Below are positions 40,401-53,200 of a stretch of DNA of 64,000 nucleotides, one piece after another (position 1 is the first letter of the stretch; each line of letters begins with the position of its first letter). Source of the stretch: Callorhinchus milii (lineage: Eukaryota). The notes under the pieces are model-generated. The model was given only the letters and a program-made list of their open reading frames with translations, had not been told where the DNA came from and did no database searches. The stretch spans positions 21,700,001-21,764,000 of the forward strand of contig NW_024704749.1 in assembly GCF_018977255.1 (NCBI RefSeq). Direction: 5' to 3'. Position numbers and translations under genes: made by a program.

Positions 40401-41759
40401 CTCACAGCCTGCACGAGACAGAGTGTCAACCTCCGGAAAGAACATGGGCCCCTTTTTTTAATATCCTAGGCTCCTTTGCTCAGCGGGCTCCGACCTGCTC
40501 CATGTCCCCCAACCAGGTGTTGGACATTCAACCTTTCTGCCTCCACTCTTTGGAACTCCATCTCACAGTCCCTTCACCTCGCCCCCTGCCTTATCTCCTT
40601 CAAGGCCCATCTCAAGACCCTCTCTTTAGACCGCTCCCTCGGTCACCCTCCGATCCCTACCCTCCTTTCCTTCCATCCTCCTCATCCAGAGCTTTGGGAC
40701 ACCCTCCCGACGTCAAAAATGTGTGGTTGTTGTTGTGTTGAGGAGATCAAACTCCCGTGGATACCTCACCTCGTTCCCATGGATGTTGCCGATGTATTTC
40801 ACCTCTGGAATGCCGACACGATGGTACTTTGGTGTCTCCCCGATTGCAACGACCCACAGATTCCGTCCTTTGCACAAAAGATCAAATGGACACACACAGC
40901 AGGAGATATTATCTAAGTGCCCTCGTTTACAAGGGTTGGGACACATTACAAAATAAGACAACACTCATAGTAAGAACATAATTAATTGTGCCTAGAGATG
41001 AAATACCCCTTAATAGCTCTTAGACCCAAATATCTCTGCACATTTACTGCTTCCCCTGCATTTTAGTTACAGAAGCCAGTTTGGACGCATTGGCTGGCTC
41101 TGATAAATCCCTGTTATAGACGGTCTATAAGAAACACTAGTCTGATGCCTTCGCTAGACGGGTCTGCAGTACTGCAGGACACTTGCTGAATGACAGATGA
41201 CTTGGTTGCAGACACAGGGAAATGTCCTTGTGTAAGTGCCATACACAGACCTCTCAATCTGGTATGGATACTCTTAAGCATAGTGGTGGGTTTCTGCGTG
41301 TGTCGGACACCCGCTGATCTAACACGTGAGCTATCGTGTTTGCCTACACAAAATATACAGTCAAGTGATTCCTGTAAAGTTGATGTGATAAGGCGTTATC
41401 TATATCAACACAAAGATTATATTAGTAGTGGTTCTAGTACTGAAGAAAATTATTTTTCGCCCACAAAATACACAGTCAATTCACTTCACAGTATATTCTG
41501 TGAAGCACTTTAAGACGTCTCGAAGACTTGATAAGGCGCTATATCAAATGCAAAAATTATTATTATTATTACCTTCTACAGACTTTCCAATACTGTAAAG
41601 GTGGGTAATAGAGGGATAACTTTGATTCACATCACAGAGGAAAGAGTCCAATTTCGCTGTATGATGATAGCTAAAATCCAACCCAGCCCAAGAGTATTGC
41701 AGAAGCAAAGCCAGGACACAAAATACTGTACAATTCCAGTCCTGCAGTGTGGTAGCCAT
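37485..41759 (-). CDS. Carboxypeptidase M-like M14B zinc carboxypeptidase, 402 aa, signal peptide, no GPI tail
   Basis: Exons: 41573-41759, 40770-40867, 40236-40408, 39699-39883, 39093-39248, 38401-38553, 38142-38290, 37485-37592 (1209 nt, in frame). Motifs LDFSYH, IHGNE (Zn ligands), [33 protein letters not shown] (catalytic Glu), plus a transthyretin-like C-domain. Exon boundaries follow recalled CPM structure. PolyA signal at 37070-37075. Symbol withheld because it may be a paralog rather than CPM itself. Confidence 0.93.
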
Positions 41760-42394
41760 CAGCAGGGCAGAAGGATATCAACCTGAAAGAGGCAAGAAAA
41801 ATAATAAATGGTTAAGTTACGCCCTATTTCTCCTCCATCAATCTCTGAAATGCTTTTTAAATGTAAGAACTCCACACGCCTCTGTTTACCCAGCAGTAAG
41901 TAGGGTAAATGATTGGTGGCTCGCTTTCCGGGGGTAATAATCCCTCCAAATTTCTTTTTAAAATGTGTTCACTCAATCCAAGACTGTTTGTGGGACCTGC
42001 TGTGCCAATTGGCTGCCATATTTCGCCCACAAATCACAGTCCCTGCGCTTTACAATACTGTGCATCCCGTGAAGCGCTTTGAGACGTCCTCCCGACATGA
42101 AAGGTTCTACGTCAAATATAAGGATTATTATTATTGTTATAATATGATCATTATTATCGGTAGTAAACATTTTACGATTCCTGAGAGACAAGAGTCACTG
42201 CACAGTGACAAGCCGCGTATCAATCGAAACAAACCTGTGCATTAAATCTCTCTTGGCCCCATGTTTTTACGCTCTTTAAGGCTGGCCAGAGTACGGCGGG
42301 TTAGGAACACATTGTGTGGGATCTCCTCTCTGCTGAGGTCATTCCAGTGAAGGGTTTAAACAAAAAAGGGTTCGGAGACCCTCCGCTCGTTTCC

Positions 42395-42396
<2 letters not shown>

Positions 42397-42438
<42 letters not shown>
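42397..42438. repeat. (GA)n microsatellite
   Basis: Seen directly. Other simple repeats: (TA)n about 19949-19975, (ACCA)n about 25578-25604, (GA)n about 56673-56703, (GTGA/GT)n about 43262-43320. Confidence 0.9.
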
Positions 42439-42440
<2 letters not shown>

Positions 42441-43340
42441 CTACAGCCCAAATTTGTCTTCATCAAAGGTCGCCCGCTGTTCTCTTGCTCCACAAGTCAC
42501 AAGTTGATGGGACTCTGAACCCAACGGTGCTCATAGCCCATTGTTCACATTCATGACCTCACTGGAGCGGAAGCCCAGAACACAAGGAAAGGCATTCCAA
42601 CAATAATAATTCTACGCCTGTGGGTCTTTCACACACAAACACACACACACACTCACACGGGTACAACGGAAACAGCGTTATTATTTACTACCCTAATAAT
42701 CCCCGAGGCTCGATATACCCCCTGATCATGATACGCTGTCGATGCGTCTGAAAGTCCTTCGCTCGGGTTTTCACTCTAAAGTGCAGCGGTGAACCGAGTG
42801 TGTGTAGGTGAATATGTACCATAGTCAACAGAGTCCGTTTTCAATGTGTAGTAGTAACTGTCGGGCTCTGCAGTGTGAGTGACTGAACTCAACAGTGAGA
42901 AACCAAAGCCCTTCACTTTATCAGGATATCAAGAGTTAAACTGCTTGGGGGCGGGTGGGGGAGCGGAAGTCGCCTTCTGCTGGTGTTCAAGTTGACGTTA
43001 TTGTATAGACATTGACTTAAAAGTGAATTTAACTGGGAGTATCTGCTGTTATGTCCAAGGTTTAATAAAAATAATCCTTGCATGTGATTATAGCCCTTAT
43101 CACGTCTTCGAGACGTCTCAAAGTGCTACGCAGAATATACTGCATAGCACTTTGAATTGACTGTAGTTTGCGGGCAAATCAAACAGATCAATCAAGGCAG
43201 AGGCCTTCTGTGGGTTAGCAAGTGAAGTCCAGCAGGTACACAGTGGCTGAATTCATATCACTGTGTGTGAGTGAGTGTGAGTGTGTGTGAGTGAGTGAGT
43301 GTGAGTGTGTGTGTGAGAGTGTGGCCTCTCCCAAGCTCTG

Positions 43341-43353
43341 GTTACCTGGTAAC
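43341..43353. promoter_or_regulatory. Palindromic RFX X-box in the TTC16 / CPM-like divergent intergenic region
   Basis: GTTACC-T-GGTAAC, perfect inverted half-sites, about 0.9 kb upstream of the TTC16 ATG. Confidence 0.65.
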
Positions 43354-44274
43354 AAAGGGACGGGGAGCGAGTTGGCTGCGGTACTGGGCACGGTGCCAGT
43401 CCTCAAACAACACACCCGGACACGGAGTAAAGATTGGCACTCCTGCGCAGTCCAATTTTTCTCCATCTAAACGTTGTGTTGTTTGAAACACAGTCAGTCA
43501 GTCCAAGCTCACTTTTCTCTCCTCTCCAACGCAGCGGATGTACTCTGGGTTCAAATCGCTTGTTCTTTATTTCCTTGTTATTTTGACACACTCACACGCA
43601 GTCTCACCCTCAGCTGATCTCCCCTAGATTTCTCTCTCCATCCTCAGAGGCACTCTTTCCACAACGTTGAAACCCAATTTGTCAAACTCCAGTTTGTTGA
43701 ATAGATCTCGGTGATGCATCTATGATTATTTATATTATATATGTGTAATTTATCGATGACTGCTTGTGGGACGCCGCTGTGCGCAATTGCACCCACAAAA
43801 TCCACTTTATAATGTATCCTGCGAAGCGCTTTGAGATGTCTCGACGACGTGATAAGGCTCTATGCCAAATGCAAGGATTATTATTGATTATTATTATCGT
43901 TGCCCTAGATATTGCAAATTCCCTTCTTGTTTAACCTATGAATCCAAAATTTGCAGGTTCCAAATTGAGTTTATCTCGCGGTTATAAAAATGACGACACT
44001 TGTATTTATGTAGCGCGTGGGATAGGTATCTTGGAGCGCTTAAACCTATTAAATAATATATCTTTAAAAATATTTTTTAAAAATATTTATATTGAAGAAT
44101 ATTTAAAAAATCTCTTCATATATAAACTAAATCTCTATTTCTTTCCTGGTTTTGTAGTGTTATGCATCCGATCAAACCAGAGGCCTCCACAAGTCACATC
44201 CAGGTATAAGGGAAAGGGGTGCGAAGGAGATCAGCTTAATCTTGGGGAAAACGTAGGAGAAGAAACATAAGGAG

Positions 44275-47200
44275 ATGGAGACGCAGGTGGAAGCAAGGCA
44301 GAAGGAGGCGGTGGAGAAAAAGAATGAGGAAGAGAAAAAGGAGGATAAAAAAGAGGAAGACGAGAAGGAGGATAAAAGAGAGAAAGAGGAGGATAAAAGG
44401 GAGGAAGAGAAAAAGGAGGATAAAAGAGAGGAAGAGGAAAAGGAGGATAAAAGAGAGGAAGAGGAAAAGGAGGATAAAAGAGAGGAAGAGAAAAAGGAGG
44501 ATAAAAGAGAGGAAGAGGAAAAGGAGGATAAAAGAGAGGAAGAGAAAAAGGAGGATAAAAGAGAGGAAGAGGAAAAGGAGGATAAAAGAGAGGAAGAGAA
44601 ACAAGAGGAAAAAGGAACAGAGGAAGAGGAAAAGGGGAAAGAAAAGGAGGAAGACAGAAACAAGGAGAATAAGCCCCAGAGTCCGGATCAGGTGAGCAGT
44701 CAAGTTGTGTAGTTTATCTCTTCAAGGACATTGAAGTACAGTGCAATCGATCGTACAATAGTACAACGGTGCAGTCCTGTAGCTCAGTGGTTAGCGCACT
44801 CTCCTCGCAAACAAAAGACTTGGGTTCGATTCCCGACAGGACGAAATACTGGGCAAGGTTCCTGTATCAAAAATGCAAAGGCAAGGATCATTATCTGTTG
44901 TGTTTCATGACGAATCCCAGCTGTAGGCGAGGGTGGAGCAACATTCCCTTAAACGTGCCATTTGCAGATCACTCCATGAAGTTTCCTATGGGGGGTGCGT
45001 GTGGTCGATGAGTATTTAAACCGCACCGATTCCATTATTCCCAAAGGCACCCAGCAAGCAATACTAATAATCCTTGCATTTGATACAGCGCCTTATCAAG
45101 TCTTCGAGACATCTCAAAGCGCTTCACTGCAGAGTAAATTGACCGTATATTTTGTGGGCGAAACTCGGCAGCCAATTACGCACAACAGTGTCCCACAAAC
45201 AGTCGTGGATTGAGTGACCAAATTGTTATTATTATTTTTGATTTTTTTTTTTGAAGAGATTATTAGCCCCGGGTAAAGCGATTTGCCAATCGACTGACAA
45301 CCAGGTTCCGACTTACCTCTAAGTAAACAGAGGTGCGCGTGTGTGTGGAGTGAGGAAACTTGCCTAACATTTTGCCCTGTCTGGGAATCAAACCCAGGTC
45401 CTCTCGCTTGCGAGGCGAGTGCTCTAACCACTGAGCTGGAGGACCCCACGATGGATTTGCTCCACTAAAAGTGGACACGTTGTAAAGTCTGATCCCTGCG
45501 TTAAACCGAAACCAAACCTGCGCGATTGGCCGCTCACAAGGACGGTTTCTCCCGCAGCCCGCTGACCCCGTGATGCCGGCTGACCTCTTTCCCAAGCCTG
45601 TGTCGGAGCAACAGCTGGAGGAAGCCTGGAAGGAATCACTGAAAAATCTGTTCGGGTCGAGTCAGATCTTTGAACCGGAAAAGTGCCTGGATCAGAGTTC
45701 CTTCATAAAGTCCACCGTCATCCATGACCAGGCCACGACATAGTGAGTTCATCTGGCAGCCGTTTCCTTTCAAAGAACCGTGTAAAACCAGCTGAACTGA
45801 CGCAGCTTGTGTTCATTTCCCCCCCAGTTACGAGAAGGGTTTGGAGATGTATTCCAGCAGAAAGTTGGACAAAGCGGTGACTCTGTTCAGCAAAGCGATC
45901 AGCCTGCAGCCGGAGAGGGTAAATGTCAGTCCGTCACAACAACAACAACAACTTGCAATTACGCAGCGCCCTTCGCACGAGATAGCTTCCCGGAGCACCT
46001 CACGGTTCACGACCCAAAAAAACGCAGCATCACAGCAATGACCGGCGGGGAGGGAATCGGAGGACGGAAATCATCTTCCCAGACCATTTTGTCTTAGAGT
46101 TTAAGATCTTATTGTGGAGGTCCGTAGCACAGTGGTTAGCGCGCTCGTCTCGCAACCGAGAGGACCTAGGTTTGATTGTCAGGTGCGGCAGAACCTTAGA
46201 CAAGTTTCCTTACTCCACACGCCTCTATTTAACCAGCAGTAAGTAGGAACCCCGTTGTTAGTCGATTGGCTTTTCCGGGGGAAAAAGTTCCTTCAAAAAA
46301 AATGTGGTCACTCAATCCACGAGTGTTTGTGGGACACTGCTGTGCGCAATTGGCTGCCCCCAAAATACACAGTCATTCCGCTTTACAGTATATCCTGTGA
46401 AGCGCTTTGAGACGTCTCGAAGATGAGATCAGGCGCTGTATCAAATGCAAGGATTGTGATTACTATCATTACGACAGTAAAACTCTCACAAATCTGATCC
46501 GTATCAATCGTACAATCGCCCAAGTGGTACATCCGCCGCCCAAGTCAAGAGTTTATATTCGATGCAAGTTCAACAGAACTCATACTTTGACATTAAAAAG
46601 CATTGTCCCGATCGAGACGACTTGCGTGAGGTTTACTGTAAGATATTGTTATGATATTACTGGCTGCAGGTGGAACTGTACGTGAGTCTGGCTGATGCCT
46701 ATCTGCAGTTCTGTGACTTCCAGTCAGCCATCATGAACTACAGGCGAGCATATACCCTGAACCCCGGGAATGAAGAGTTACAGCTACAAGTCGGCTTCAC
46801 CACCTACATCCAAGTGAGTCTCTGCCTTCCTGCAATAAAAACAGAAGTCGCTGGGAACACGCAGCGGGTCAGGCAGCATCTATGGAGAGAGGAAACTGAG
46901 CATTGTAACTCATTTTCCTCTCTCCGTAGATGCTGCCTGACCCGCTGCGTGTTCCCGGCGACTTCTGTTTTTATTTCAGATTTCCAGCGTCAGCAGTATT
47001 TTGCCCCTCTGCCTTCTGTATGTAAGATACTCGCTCTTAAGAGAATAACCATAACAACAGCATCCCCATTATTGTAACGTGCGAACTATATGTTTCTTCC
47101 ACAAAATACACAGTCACTCCACTTTAAAGCTATATTCTGTGAAGCGCTTCAAGACGTCCCGAAGACGTGATATATCAAATGAAAGGATTATTATTATTAT

Positions 47201-50200
47201 TATTATTATTATAGATGAACCTTGGTCTTTTTTTGTCCAGCAATTCCTTCGTTCATTCCTTACTTCCTCTCTTTTTTTCTTCCATTTCTTCTTTCCTTTG
47301 CTTTCTTCTCTCCCTTTCTCCCTCGAGTCAGTAACAAGAGTGAGTGTCTATTGGCCCTGTATCCCTGTGTCTGACTCCGTCGCTCTCCCTCTCTCTCTCT
47401 CTCTAGGGCCAGTGCCTGTTTGAAATGCAGATGTACAGTGAAGCTTTAGGAGCTTTCACAGAAGCGTCGGAGTTGTGTCCAGAAAACCAAGGATACCAAG
47501 TGAGAAGGTGACTGACCTGTTGCTGCTGCTGCAACTGTGCGGAGTGCGGCTGAGAAGTACAACCGCCAACACCCACGTGAACGTGATACAATGACCAAGT
47601 TACCTGGCCTGACATTTTTATCGCACCTCGTCACCTTGAAACATCTCAACGTGTTTTTGCCGTCATCGCCCCCAGTGAAGTGCCGCGACTGCGTGCGCGC
47701 AGGCAAACGCGGCAGGCAATTTGAGCGTGAGGGGCGCCCTGTGTGAGGGGCTCTGTAGAAGTGAAGGTTGTTGTTGTTGAGCACTGCAAGATTACCACTA
47801 ATTGCTGGGAACGTGCAGCAGGTTGGGCAGCATCTATGGAGGGAGGAAAATGAGTTAATACTCATTTTCCTCTTTCCGGAGATGCTCTCTGACCTTCAAG
47901 ATTCGGTCAGGACACCTGGAGAGAGAAACTAACCCTTCTCGTTTGCAATAGCCCAGCTAGGATTGTTATTGTCGCTTTGCTTTTGACGCTAAGCTCACCC
48001 TGTACAGGAAACAATGTAAAATAAGTTCTAGATCCTGGTCCTCACCTTCAAAGCCCTCCATGGCCTTGCTCCCCCCTACCTCTGCGACCTCCTAACCCCC
48101 TACCAATCTGCTCGCTCCCTCCGCTCAGCAGGCTCCGGCCTGCTTCATGTCCCCCGCTTCGCCCACCCCACCATTGGCCTTCAGCCACTCTGCCCCCACT
48201 CTCTTGAACTCCAACCCACAGTCCCTCCATCTCGCCCCCTCCCTTGCTTCCTTCAAGACCCATCTCAAGACCCTCCTCTTCGACCGTGCCTCTGATCACC
48301 CTCCTTCACCCCCTGCCCTCCACTCTCCCTGCTCCCGACCCCCAGTTTGGATCCGAAACACTGATTGTCCAGCGCCTTAGGATGTCCTCCTGATGTGAAA
48401 GGCGCTATACAAATATAATTTTGTCGGTGTTGTAAAATAAGAGTCCTCCACTTTATAGGATTGTCTGCCTGGCTGCGCTGGGGAGATTCAAGGAGGCCCT
48501 GCAGGTGGCGAACAAGTTGGTCATGGTCCAGAAGAATAACCCAGAGCTCTACATCCTGAGGGCCAGGATACACGATCACTTTGGCAACGTGAGTCTCTTT
48601 TGTTCCGTAGCATGGTGGTTAGCACGCTAGGCTCGCAAGCGAGAGGACCCGGGTTCGATGCTCCTCACGCTTCTGGTTGACCGTTAGTTAGTAGGAACCC
48701 GGTTGTTAGTCGATTGGCGTATCGCTCTCCAGAAAAAAATATTCCTCAAAAACCAATTGGTCACTCAGTCCACGACTGTGTGTGGGACACTGCTGTGTAC
48801 AATTGGCTGCCGTGTTTCGCCCCCACAATACACAGTCACTCCATTTACAAGATATACTGTGAAGCGCTTTGAGATGTCTCAACAACGTGATAAGGGGCTA
48901 CGTCAAATGCAAGGATTATTATTGTATTGTTATTATAAACCATAACAAGGGCCACCAACTCTTTCACACTGTGGTAACTCTCCTTAACATTTGCACAGAA
49001 TTGTGGAATTTTGAGGTCTCTATTAACATCGACTTTGTTAACTGTGTTAACATGAATCGGGTCTCTTTAGGAAGCAGAACAGTGGTATTTTTCATGTCCT
49101 TATTGACGTGTTTTTTTCCCTGGCTAATAGTTAGCCCTCTGTAACAGCGATATCACCGCGGCCTTGGCGATGGATCCCACCTGTCTAGGGGCACTTTCCC
49201 TCAAGTCCAGACTGGGGGAACGGGCTGAAGAGGCCAAGGCACAGGCAGTGAACAGCGCTCTGAGAGGTCAAATGAAAGAGGCAATGCAGAAGATCAACAA
49301 GGCTTTAGAAAATAACCCCAATGAAGCCAACTACTATATCCTCAGGTACCGCAGTCACAGGCTGGGCGCAACTCAACAACAACAACAGCAGATTACATTT
49401 GCATAGCGCCTCTCCTTTAATTCTTTTTTGGGGTGTGATTCTCCATGTGTTTGTGCCTTGATGACCTCACCATCATCAAGGCGCTGGACAGTCAAGGATT
49501 TGCACCTGAGCTGAAGATTGGGATCGGGAGGGGTGGAGGGCAGGGAGGGTGGGGGTAGGAGGGTGACCGAAGTCACGTTTGGTCGAAGAGGAGGGTTTTG
49601 AGACGGGCCTTGAAAGAGGCGAGGGAGGGAGCGAGGCGAAGGGACTGTGGGATGGAGTTCCAAAGAGCGTGGGGGCAGAGCGGTTGAAGGTTCGAGGATG
49701 GGCTGGGCGGGGGACATGGTGCAGGCCGGAACCTGCTGAGCGGAGCGAACGAACAGGTCGATATGAACGAGTTTACGATTGGGAGGAACATTGTGCTCCC
49801 AGGATTGGGTTGTTGTTATTTTTTTTAAGAAACCCTACTGCACGTTTGTCTTCATTTTATTGACTTCTTCGATCTCCAGAGGAACCCTGTACAGGAAACT
49901 CAAGGAATTCAACGCGGCCATCGACGACTATCTCTTCGCCCTGGACAAGGTCAACTACAACGACCAGAGCCAAATCTTCGGGGAGGCTCAGGGGCAGCTG
50001 CTGCTCACCTACAATGACTTTGCCGTGTACTGCTACCAAAGAGGGTTTTATGAAGAGGCCATCCTCCTCCTGAACCAGGCCATCAGGGGAGAGAAGCAAC
50101 AGAAAGGCCTGTACATTAACCGGGGAGGTAAGCACTGCACAGAGCACTTGCTGCGCAGGTGACTACTGTCTGGCATCGAGACTGTTTCATAGCCAATAAT

Positions 50201-53200
50201 CCATTCCCCCAACCCGCACCCCCAGCTCTAACCTGGCCCCCATTTACTCCGCAATAACAACAGCAAAATTACATTTATACAGCCACAAAGTATACAGTCA
50301 ATTCACTTTACAGTATATTCTGTGAAGCACTTTGAGATGTCTCAATGACGTAATAAGGCGCTATATCAAATGCAAGGATTATTATTATTATTCACTCAGC
50401 GATGTCCCAGCTCTCAGTTATGAATTAGGTAAGCAGGATGCATCCCTCCAGGGAGAGAGAGAGAGAGAGGACATTCCATTCCAACAGTCTATCTCTGGGA
50501 TTTGCACGTGTAGGTGAGATGCATGGAATTCTCAGTTTGGTTTGGAGACTCTTAAGCGACAGTGATGGGTTTCCGCATGTGTCAGACACCCGGTTTAACA
50601 AAAAAAAACTTGGGAGGACAGTTGGCCAGGACCCCTCTCCCTCTTCTCCTTCTCCTTTGTGGGAATGTCAGAGGGTCCTTGAGGTTCACTTGACCAGGCA
50701 GGTACCTGACCCTGAGAATGTTGAACGGCCAATCTCAGATGGGAACAGACTCCATTCCCCCCCCCAGCTCTAACCTGGCCTCCATTCAACCTGCTATAAC
50801 AACAGCAAAATTACATTTACACAGTGCCTTCCATATCAGGAGGACATCCCAAGGCGCTGGACAGTTAAGGATTTACCTCCGAGCTGGGAGTTGGAATCAA
50901 GAGGGGTCCTGTAGCGTATTGGTTAGACCACAAGGGAGAGTACCCTGGTTCAATCCGCCAATTGTCTAAACAACTGGGTTCCTACTTCCTGCTAGGCAAA
51001 CAGAGGCATGTGGAGTAAGGAGACTTGCCTAAGGTTTCACTTCGGCCCGCATGGGAATCAAACCCGGTTCCTCTCGCTTGTGAAGCGAGCGCACTAATCA
51101 CTACGCTGCAGTGTTCGACCAAAACAGACGAAACCAGCGATCAGTCTATTCGTCCCTACGTGAAGGACGCATCTGAAACACACTGCCACCTTTCAAATAT
51201 TCTTACAGATTGTTTCTTCAAGAAAGAGAACCTGGAGTACGCCTTGCTGGACTATGAGCAGGCTCTGGACCTGGATAACAAGGACCACAACATAAAGGAC
51301 AGGATCGCCATTGTGCGTGACGAACTCGGACTTCGGGACTATAAGCTCAGGTACAGAGAGCTGCTTCTGTTGTTGTTGTTTAATTTGCCACAACAGGATG
51401 GGGTGGACCTAGCTGGACAAGCAATGGGAAACCTTGCTAACAACAACAAATTTCACAGCAACTTTCACGTCAGGAGGATGTCCACTGATGGCACTAATGG
51501 CACTGAACGGTCAGGGATTTGGACCCGAGCTGGGAGTTAGGATCAGGAGGGGTGGAATGCAGGGAGGGGAGGGGTAAGGAGGGTGACCGAAGATGCGGTC
51601 GAAGAGGAGGGTCTTGAGACTTGCCTTGAAGGAGGCGAGGGAGGGAGTGAGGCGAACGGACTGTGAGATGGGTTCCAAAGCTTGGGTTGCCAGACAGCAC
51701 TATCAATGGCAAGCTCTGCAATATTAGCTGGTTAGACTCCAGCAGTTACCCCCAATGGACACTCTGGGATACCCCCCAAGCCTTGGCTCTCGCCAACCTG
51801 CGCCTAATACTTTCCGGAATTAGGTAAGCAGGATACATCCCTCCAAGGAGAGAGAGAGTGCATTCCATTCCAACAATCTATCTCTGGGATTTCCATGTGT
51901 AGTGTGAGATGCATGGAATTCTCAGCTTGGTTTGGACACTCTTAAGCACGATGATGGGTTTCCGCATGTGTCAGACACCCGGCTAACCAACCCCACCCCC
52001 CAAAAAAAATCTGCAGCAATTAAAAGCAAAAACGATTTGCCCCAGCGCCCAGACTGGCTCAGGTGTTTAGGGGGGTTCCTGGGGGAGACATTCTGACTCA
52101 GACTTGCCGTCCCTTGACTGCAGGAAGTACCTCGATGCGGAGAAGAACTTCACCATCGCCATCCAGAACAGCCCCCGGGCGGCGATGTATTACCTTCACA
52201 GAGCCAAAGCCCAGCGCTTCATGGAGCACCTACAGCAATCACAGGAGGATGTGGTCACAGCGCTCTTACTGGATTCACAGCACAAAGAGGTAACAGTTCA
52301 GATCAGGTACAGCTCATATATAAGTACAACAACAACAACAAGATTGCATTTATCGAGCGCCTTTCACGTCGGGAGGACATCCCAAGGCGCTGGACAGTTG
52401 GGTCGGGACCCGAGCAGGGGGAAATGGTCAGGGTGAGTGGAGGGAAGGGAGGAAGCGAGGAGGGGAGGGAGCGAGGAGGGGAGGGAAGGGGGGGAGAGAG
52501 CGAGGAGGGGAGGGAAGGGAGGGAGCGAGGAGAGGGTAGAGAGTCGAGAGGGGAGCTGAAGGCATGGTTGAAGAGAAAGGTCTTGGGACTGGCCTTGAAG
52601 GAGGAAAGGGAGGAGGTAAGGCGAAGGCACTGGGGGATGGAGTTCCAGAGCCTGGGGGCTGAGAGGCTGAAGGCCCGGCCACCGATGGTAGGGCAGTTGG
52701 GGCGGGGGATGTGGAGCAGACCGGAGCCAGAGGAACGGAGGTACAGGCACGGAACCTGTGTATGGTCACAGCTCCTGTAAGGATAACAACTTTTATGTGG
52801 AGTCCCATGGCATCGTGGTTAGAGCACTCGCCCCACAAGCCAGAGGACCCTGGTTTGATTCCCAGCTAGTGCAAAATCTTAGGCAGGCTTCCTTACTCCA
52901 CACTCACATCTCTGTTGATCTAGCAGTAAGTAGGAACCCGATTGTTAGTCAATTGGCGGATCGCTTTCCAGGGGTAATAATCCCTCCAAAAGTAAATCAA
53001 TTTGGTCATTCACTCCACCACTGTTTGTGGGACACTGCTGTGCGTCAATTTTCTGCCGCGTTTCACCCACAAAAAAAACACAGTCACTCCACTTTACAAT
53101 ATATTCTGTGAAGCGCTTTGAAACGTCTCAATTAATAATAATAATACTAATCCTTGCATTTGATATAGCGCTTTTCACGTCGGGAGGACGTCCCAAAGCG

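Noticed and set aside
44172-44703. Ser-rich, Leu/Phe-rich and Arg/Lys-rich (protamine-like) ORFs
   Set aside because: Other frames of the 27-nt TTC16 repeat; only the E/K frame has an ATG and an in-phase donor.
51950-51990. Hammerhead ribozyme in the unclassified repeat (minus strand CTGACAC...GGAAAC)
   Set aside because: The core is not CUGANGA and I could not build stems I-III.
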